From: an uncultured Clostridia bacterium
GTDB lineage: Bacteria > UBA6262 > WVXT01
NCBI GenBank assembly: GCA_964403285.1
Contig: CAYOFG010000005.1
Coordinates: 9,995-73,994, forward strand
DNA length: 64,000 nucleotides
Reading direction: 5' to 3'
Within the stretch, counting starts at the first letter, position 1, and each line of letters starts with the position of its first letter. The position numbers were made by a program, and so were the translations under genes. Under the pieces are notes generated by a model that saw only the letters and a program-made list of their open reading frames with translations, made no database searches and was not told the origin of the DNA. Positions 58,955-64,000 of this stretch are shown in pieces.

Positions 58955-60181
58955 ATGAAAAAGCTAAGAATTCCCATAAAGAAGTTAATTTTAGCTTGCA
59001 TATTAGTCTGTATAGCTCTATTTATCTTCTTCTCTTATAATGGTAAGATTTTTCAATTCATCAGACAGGGGAAGCGAATCAATATCCTGGTTCTGGGATG
59101 TGATGAGCTAAAGTTTGCCAAACACGCTGATGTAATAATGTTGTTAAGTTATGAACCCAGAACAAGATTCCTGGACGTCCTGTCGATTCCCCGCGACACC
59201 AAGGTTTCCTGTTCCAAAGAGCTCTCCTGGTGGGGGTACAGAAAGATAAGTGAAATTTATGCCCTGGTGTATAGGAAAACTCAAACCATTGGTGAAGCTT
59301 GTCTTTCTTTGAAGAATGCGATAGAAAATGTTTTGGAAATGGAAATACCATTATACTTGCAGATTAATTATCAGGGAGTGGTTAATATAGTCGATACTAT
59401 TGGCGGCGTGACAGTAAATATCGACGAACCGATGGATTACGACGATCACACAGCAGATTTACATATTCACTTTACGGTGGGAGAGAAAGGATTAAACGGA
59501 GACGGAGTGTTAGAGTATATTCGATTTCGGGATAGGTTACTGGGAGATAAGGGTAGAGTTGAGAGGCAACAGAGACTCCTTAAACTCATCGCCCGAAAGA
59601 TGGGGGACCCGAAAATTCTGCTGAAAACCCCCCAAATCTATCGAAATATAAAAGGCAACATCTGGACAAATCTCAGCTTCTGGGATTTTTTGGCTCTGGC
59701 CAATGAGATGAGAAGTTTCGACCAGGAAAATCTGAGGATCCAGAGTTTGCCTGGGAAATCGGAATATATCAGGGGGGTGGACTACTGGGTCCCGGATAAG
59801 AAAATGTCTGAAGAGGTTGTTCAGGTAATTATGAATAGTTATAGAATTGGTGGAAAAGCTTCTCGGCCTGTCTATTCCGGGGGGAAACTCGATCAAATAG
59901 TAAAGGTGGAAGTATGGAATGCCACTAATAGAGGAGATTTAGCCTATGATGTCCAGCGTAAATTGAGGCAGTATGGGATCGATGCTGTTCGCTGGGGTAA
60001 TTTTGGAATTCATAAGAAATATACCACAGTCATAGATCGTCTTGGCGATATTGAAGTGGCTCAGAAAGTAGCAAAAATAGTTGGCTCGAGCGTAGTAAAA
60101 ACGGAAATTGACACGACGAGATTTGTCGACCTCTCAATTGTTCTCGGTAGTGACTTTATAGAAGTGGGCGAGCCTGAATAA
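58955..60181 (+). CDS. LytR-CpsA-Psr (LCP) family protein
   Basis: N-terminal TM, then INILVLGCDEL...DVIMLLSYEP...LSIPRDT, typical of the LCP catalytic domain. Confidence 0.8.
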   Translation: MKKLRIPIKKLILACILVCIALFIFFSYNGKIFQFIRQGKRINILVLGCDELKFAKHADVIMLLSYEPRTRFLDVLSIPRDTKVSCSKELSWWGYRKISEIYALVYRKTQTIGEACLSLKNAIENVLEMEIPLYLQINYQGVVNIVDTIGGVTVNIDEPMDYDDHTADLHIHFTVGEKGLNGDGVLEYIRFRDRLLGDKGRVERQQRLLKLIARKMGDPKILLKTPQIYRNIKGNIWTNLSFWDFLALANEMRSFDQENLRIQSLPGKSEYIRGVDYWVPDKKMSEEVVQVIMNSYRIGGKASRPVYSGGKLDQIVKVEVWNATNRGDLAYDVQRKLRQYGIDAVRWGNFGIHKKYTTVIDRLGDIEVAQKVAKIVGSSVVKTEIDTTRFVDLSIVLGSDFIEVGEPE

Positions 60182-60312
60182 AAAAAGCGACATAAAAAAT
60201 GGCATAGCTTTATCAGAAAGCCCCGATTTCATCGGGGAGGCATCAGATTATAGCCTAAACTTCCGCTTTAGCGGAAGGATGTTTAGGAGGAAATAGGCGG
60301 ATTCACACAAGA

Positions 60313-60693
60313 ATGAATTTCAGAAATTTAGCTAAAGAATGTGCAGGTCTTGCCTTGGCGAAGAAGGCAAAGGAGATATTAATTCTGGATGTCCGTAAAT
60401 TGACATCGATTGCAGATTATTTTGTAATTTGCAGTGGTAGATCTAACATACATGTGGAGACTATTGCCGAGTCGATAGTTGCAAAATTGAAAGATGAAGG
60501 GATTCGTCCCCTCCATATAGAAGGAGAAAAACAGGCACAGTGGGTACTCATAGATTATATAGGGACAATTGTTCACGTGTTCTACGGAGAGACAAGAAAG
60601 TTCTATGGGTTGGAAAAACTCTGGGGGGAAGGGGAGAGAGTAGGATTCCAGGGGCAAGAAAAAAAGAAGCTCAAGAGGTCAAGTAGATTATAA
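60313..60693 (+). CDS. rsfS: ribosomal silencing factor RsfS (Iojap)
   Basis: ILILDVRKLTSIADYFVICSGRSNIHVETIAESI...WVLIDYIGTIVHVF matches RsfS. Confidence 0.8.
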   Translation: MNFRNLAKECAGLALAKKAKEILILDVRKLTSIADYFVICSGRSNIHVETIAESIVAKLKDEGIRPLHIEGEKQAQWVLIDYIGTIVHVFYGETRKFYGLEKLWGEGERVGFQGQEKKKLKRSSRL

Positions 60694-60713
60694 GAATTTT
60701 AAGGAAGAATAGA

Positions 60714-62336
60714 TTGATAATCAAAAATGAACTTAGAAACGGAATCGATGAGGTGCTGAGGAAATTGCACCTGGATATTCCCAATTATAGTTTAGAGTTT
60801 GCACCCGAAGAGATTGGTGGAGACTTCGCTACTAATGTCGCTTTAATAGTAGGGTCGAAGACAGAGAAGTCTACTATAGAGACTGCCGAGGTTATCTCCA
60901 GAACCCTTCAGGAAGCGGAACCGGAAACAATCGAGCGCATAGAAGTAGCTAAACCCGGTTTCATTAATATATGCATAGCAAGGAAACGATGGCACAGGGA
61001 ACTGGATATGATCTTGAAAGAGGGAAGAGATTACGGGAAAGATAATATTGGCAAGGGAATGAAAGTCCTGATCGAATTTGTCTCAGCAAATCCTACCGGA
61101 CCTCTGCATGTGGGACACGGCAGATGCGCATCCATTGGTGATTCTCTGGCAAATATCTTAAAAGAGGTAGGATATCGGGTAGTAAAAGAATATTATGTTA
61201 ACGATATTGGTAACCAGATGGATCTTTTGGAAAAGTCTATAGATATAAGACAAAAACAGTTACGCGGTGAGGATGTCTCTCTTCCCGAGGGTGGATATCG
61301 GGGACCTTATGTCAAGGAGATAGCAGAAGAACTCCAGTCGAGATATGGCAAGAAAAATTCATTCCATTGCAGGGAGTACGCCGTTCAGAAAATACTAAGT
61401 TGGATAAGAAAAGACCTGAAAGATTTTGGGGTTAAGTTTGACAAATGGTTTTTTGAAAGTACGCTTTACAGAAAGAATAAAGTTAAAGAGATTATCGAGT
61501 TATTGAGAAACAAAGATTTAATTTATGAGAAGGACGGCGCACAGTGGTTTAAATCTTCTCAATTCGGCGATGAAAAAGACCGGGTAGTAATTAGAGAAAA
61601 TAAGAAACCTACTTACTTTATTTCTGATATTACTTACCATTACCATAAATTCAGGAAAGGTTCTAAGAAAGTTATTAATATCTGGGGTGCTGATCATCAT
61701 GGTTATGTCGATAGAATAAGGGCGTCAGTAGTTGCTCTGGGAATTCCTGTGGAGAATCTTAAAATAATTCTTTATCAATTAGTGAGCCTGACGCGCGGGG
61801 GGCAACAGGTCTCAATGTCCACGAGGGAAGGTGAGTTTGTGACCTTGAGACAAGTTATGGAAGAGGTGGGAAAAGATGCCTCGCGGTTCTTCTTTTTGAT
61901 GCGCGGGGCAGACAGTGGCTTGGATTTCGATCTGGAATTAGCCAAGAAACAGTCTCCGGAAAATCCTGTATATTATGTTCAGTATGCGCATGCACGAATA
62001 TGCAGTATCTTCCGGGAAAGGAAGAAAGAAGGATATGAAAAGGTCTCTCTTACGGAAGGAACCGGAGAAGAAAAGAAAGAGTCGATTGAGATCATAAAGA
62101 GGCTGTCCCGCTATCCAGAAGTTGTCAAGAATTGTGCTGCAAGGTACGAGCCGCACCATCTGACCGGATATTTACAGGATTTGGCTAAATGTTTCCACCA
62201 TTATTACGATAAGTATAGAATCTTAAGTGGCGATAGAAACGCTACCGAGTTTCGCTTAAAACTCATGGCAGCAATTCGATTAGTGATAAGTAATGGTTTG
62301 GGTCTTTTGGGGATTTCCGCTCCTAAGAGTATGTGA
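60714..62336 (+). CDS. argS: arginine--tRNA ligase
   Basis: 540 aa with class-I HIGH-type motif PTGPLHVGHGR and a C-terminal anticodon-binding (DALR) region. Confidence 0.9.
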   Translation: MIIKNELRNGIDEVLRKLHLDIPNYSLEFAPEEIGGDFATNVALIVGSKTEKSTIETAEVISRTLQEAEPETIERIEVAKPGFINICIARKRWHRELDMILKEGRDYGKDNIGKGMKVLIEFVSANPTGPLHVGHGRCASIGDSLANILKEVGYRVVKEYYVNDIGNQMDLLEKSIDIRQKQLRGEDVSLPEGGYRGPYVKEIAEELQSRYGKKNSFHCREYAVQKILSWIRKDLKDFGVKFDKWFFESTLYRKNKVKEIIELLRNKDLIYEKDGAQWFKSSQFGDEKDRVVIRENKKPTYFISDITYHYHKFRKGSKKVINIWGADHHGYVDRIRASVVALGIPVENLKIILYQLVSLTRGGQQVSMSTREGEFVTLRQVMEEVGKDASRFFFLMRGADSGLDFDLELAKKQSPENPVYYVQYAHARICSIFRERKKEGYEKVSLTEGTGEEKKESIEIIKRLSRYPEVVKNCAARYEPHHLTGYLQDLAKCFHHYYDKYRILSGDRNATEFRLKLMAAIRLVISNGLGLLGISAPKSM

Positions 62337-62363
62337 AGTAAAAGATAGACGGAAAAAAGGACT

Positions 62364-62507
62364 GGAGTCCTCCCGAAAGGGAGGATTAATTTATAGGTCG
62401 GTCACCCTTAAGGGTGACGAAGAACGGCACTCTGAAGAGTGCCCGACCCCGATAAATATCGGGGAGTCCTCCCGAAAGGGAGGAATAATCCCGATTTTAT
62501 CGGGGGG
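62364..62507 (+). repeat. compound palindromic repeat (REP-like), partner of 39678-39769
   Basis: CCTCCCGAAAGGGAGG (two copies), GGTCACCCTTAAGGGTGACG, GGCACTCTGAAGAGTGCC, CCCGATAAATATCGGGG and CCCGATTTTATCGGGGGG. Confidence 0.8.
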
Positions 62508-62650
62508 ATTCCAGGGATTTTCGTTGATATTTTGGGTTGGTTGGGAGGTGAAGGATGAGGAGAAAAAATTTCCTTTTGTTACTGGGTGTTGTGGTGATTG
62601 GGTTTGGTTTTTTGCTCGCGGCAAAATTACAAATGGAAAAGGAGGGGATA

Positions 62651-63286
62651 ATGAGAATTAAATGGTATGGGCACGCCTGCTTTTTGGTAGAAGCAAAAGA
62701 TGGAACAAAGGTCATTACCGATCCTTTTGATGAGTCTATAGGATACCAGATTCCTGAGGATAAGCCAGATATAGTTACTGTGAGTCATAGCCATTTTGAC
62801 CATAATGCGGTGGACTTGCTTCAGGGCGATCCTGAGGTAGTGAAGAATGTGGGAGAGACAGAGGTCAAAGGGATAATCTTTAAGGGCATTAAAAGTTTCC
62901 ACGATAAAAACAAAGGGGCTCAGCGAGGAAGCAACATTATTTTCGTTTTTGCTATTGATGGGGTAAGGTTCTGCCATTTGGGAGACCTGGGTCACCTCTT
63001 AAGTAGTGAACAACAGAAAGAGATAGGAGAAGTGGATGTTTTGTTTATTCCTGTAGGAGGTACTTTTACTATAGATGGCCGGGAGGCGCAAGAAGTTTCT
63101 CAGCAATTGAATCCCAGATTGATTATTCCTATGCATTATAAAACAGAAGCTTGCAATATTGGTATCGCTTCCTGTGAGGAATTCCTGAAAGGGTTTACAA
63201 AAGTAGAAAAAATGGCAGAATGGCAAGGAAATAAAGAATCCCTGCCTTCCGAACAGACAGTTTTAGTTCTGGAATATGGCAGGTAG
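62651..63286 (+). CDS. MBL-fold metallo-hydrolase (UPF0173-like)
   Basis: MRIKWYGHACFLVE...VTVSHSHFDHN, with RBS GGAGGGG upstream of the ATG at 62651. The listed ORF from 62555 reads through the repeat element. Confidence 0.7.
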   Translation: MRIKWYGHACFLVEAKDGTKVITDPFDESIGYQIPEDKPDIVTVSHSHFDHNAVDLLQGDPEVVKNVGETEVKGIIFKGIKSFHDKNKGAQRGSNIIFVFAIDGVRFCHLGDLGHLLSSEQQKEIGEVDVLFIPVGGTFTIDGREAQEVSQQLNPRLIIPMHYKTEACNIGIASCEEFLKGFTKVEKMAEWQGNKESLPSEQTVLVLEYGR

Positions 63287-63622
63287 ATTGGCTTATTTCT
63301 TTTGATTAATTGTGGATGTGGATGTGGATAATATTCTTGACAGTCTATATAAAATATGGTATAAAAAACAAGTTAATCTCATAATAAATGTTAATTGATC
63401 CGTGCCACTGCAGTTGTCTGGACTATTTGGGAGTTGTTACTCTGTATAGTATTCCGATGCATGGGTGATAAGGAAAGTGATTGCACCGATGAGGACAGTG
63501 GCGGGACAAATAGAAAGGAGGGTCGCTGTTCCGACGAATAAGGAGGAACGGGGTAGCGACGCCTGCGAGTCGGTGAGCAGGCGGGTCACCGAGTGAAGCG
63601 AAGCGAAAGGAGGTGAGTAAGG

Positions 63623-63898
63623 TTGAATCAAGTTCAATTAATAGAGAAAGTAGCAAAAGCAGGAAAGATTAAGAAGGCTGCAGCTGGAAGGGCTATAAAG
63701 GCTATGGTAACGAACATTGTGGACTCTTTGAAATCTGAAAGCCGAGTAGTTATTGCTGGTTTGGGCACGTTCAAAGTGAAGGCGACCAAGCCAAGGACAG
63801 GAAGAAATCCAAAGACTGGTGAGAGTATCCAAATCGCTGCTAGCAAGAGGGTATTATTTAAACCCAGTCTTGGCTTGAAGAAAATGTTGAAATCGTAA
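63623..63898 (+). CDS. hup: HU family DNA-binding protein (TTG start)
   Basis: 91 aa containing GLGTFKVKATKPRTGRNPKTGESIQI, the HU/IHF arm signature. Confidence 0.85.
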   Translation: MNQVQLIEKVAKAGKIKKAAAGRAIKAMVTNIVDSLKSESRVVIAGLGTFKVKATKPRTGRNPKTGESIQIAASKRVLFKPSLGLKKMLKS

Positions 63899-64000
63899 GG
63901 TTGAATCATCACTCTGTTTTTAGCCCGTTAGAAGGTTCTGTCCTTTGATGGAGATGGTATGGGGAGGAAGGTATAGCAAAATTTCTAGCGAGGCTTAGAG

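Noticed and set aside
63400-63620. structured GC-rich leader upstream of hup (GTCGCTGTTCCG...CGGGGTAGCGAC, GGTGAGCAGGCGGGTCACC)
   Set aside because: Hairpins are present but nothing matches a known ncRNA class. It resembles the GAAGCGAAGCG-type repeat units seen elsewhere and may just be another REP-like unit.
1-64000. CRISPR arrays, rRNA genes, integrases/transposases
   Set aside because: No regularly spaced direct repeats with unique spacers, no rRNA-like sequence, and no ORF with recombinase/transposase motifs were seen. The repeats present are palindromic REP/MITE-like elements.

Overview
This 64-kb window comes from a low-GC bacterium. Type IX-secretion (T9SS) C-terminal sorting domains (NYPNPFNP...KLIIIR tails) point to the Fibrobacteres-Chlorobi-Bacteroidetes group or a related candidate phylum.

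Gene content, in order along the window:
- 0-10.3 kb: a dense signalling cluster. It holds a FIST protein, three sensor histidine kinases (one a REC-GAF-HK hybrid), four consecutive receiver-only response regulators, and a REC-GGDEF protein (GGDDF variant). None of these has a DNA-binding output domain.
- 10.5-14.8 kb: two trehalose synthesis routes, otsA-otsB and a TreT-like synthase.
- 15.0-18.8 kb: a tandemly duplicated 570-aa secreted protein.
- 19.3 kb: a PAS/HisKA_3 kinase.
- 21-22.7 kb: a porin and a TupA-like binding protein.
- 23.1-35.7 kb: a block with shifted Arg codon usage. It carries an MgtA-like P-type ATPase, a nucleotidyltransferase pair, tRNA-Glu, kdpFABC, and a kinase-less kdpD-like gene.
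- 35.7-42.3 kb: tRNA(CAU) directly followed by tilS, then ftsH, folE and folP.
- 42.3-47.5 kb: an epimerase, a CPBP protease, a lipid kinase and a T9SS cargo protein.
- 47.5-55.8 kb: a second HK + REC-GAF-PAS-HK module flanked by PorV-like outer-membrane proteins and another T9SS cargo protein.
- 56-64 kb: plsY, proA, nadD, an LCP protein, rsfS, argS, an MBL hydrolase and HU.

The most interesting signal is three leaders with the hallmark c-di-GMP-I (GEMM) riboswitch blocks: GGCAAAC, a GNRA-capped hairpin, and GGCGCAAAGCC / GGCGCAAAACC / GGACGCAAAGCC. One sits in front of each copy of the duplicated secreted protein. The third, a textbook example on the minus strand, sits in front of the T9SS-cargo/PorV-like operon. 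Together with the REC-GGDEF protein and the output-less two-component cluster, this suggests a phosphorelay to c-di-GMP to riboswitch circuit controlling surface and secreted proteins.

The window is also rich in palindromic REP/MITE-like repeats. These include an inverted pair of a 197-bp element bracketing the trehalose/riboswitch segment, one copy of which sits inside the loop of a palindromic terminator.
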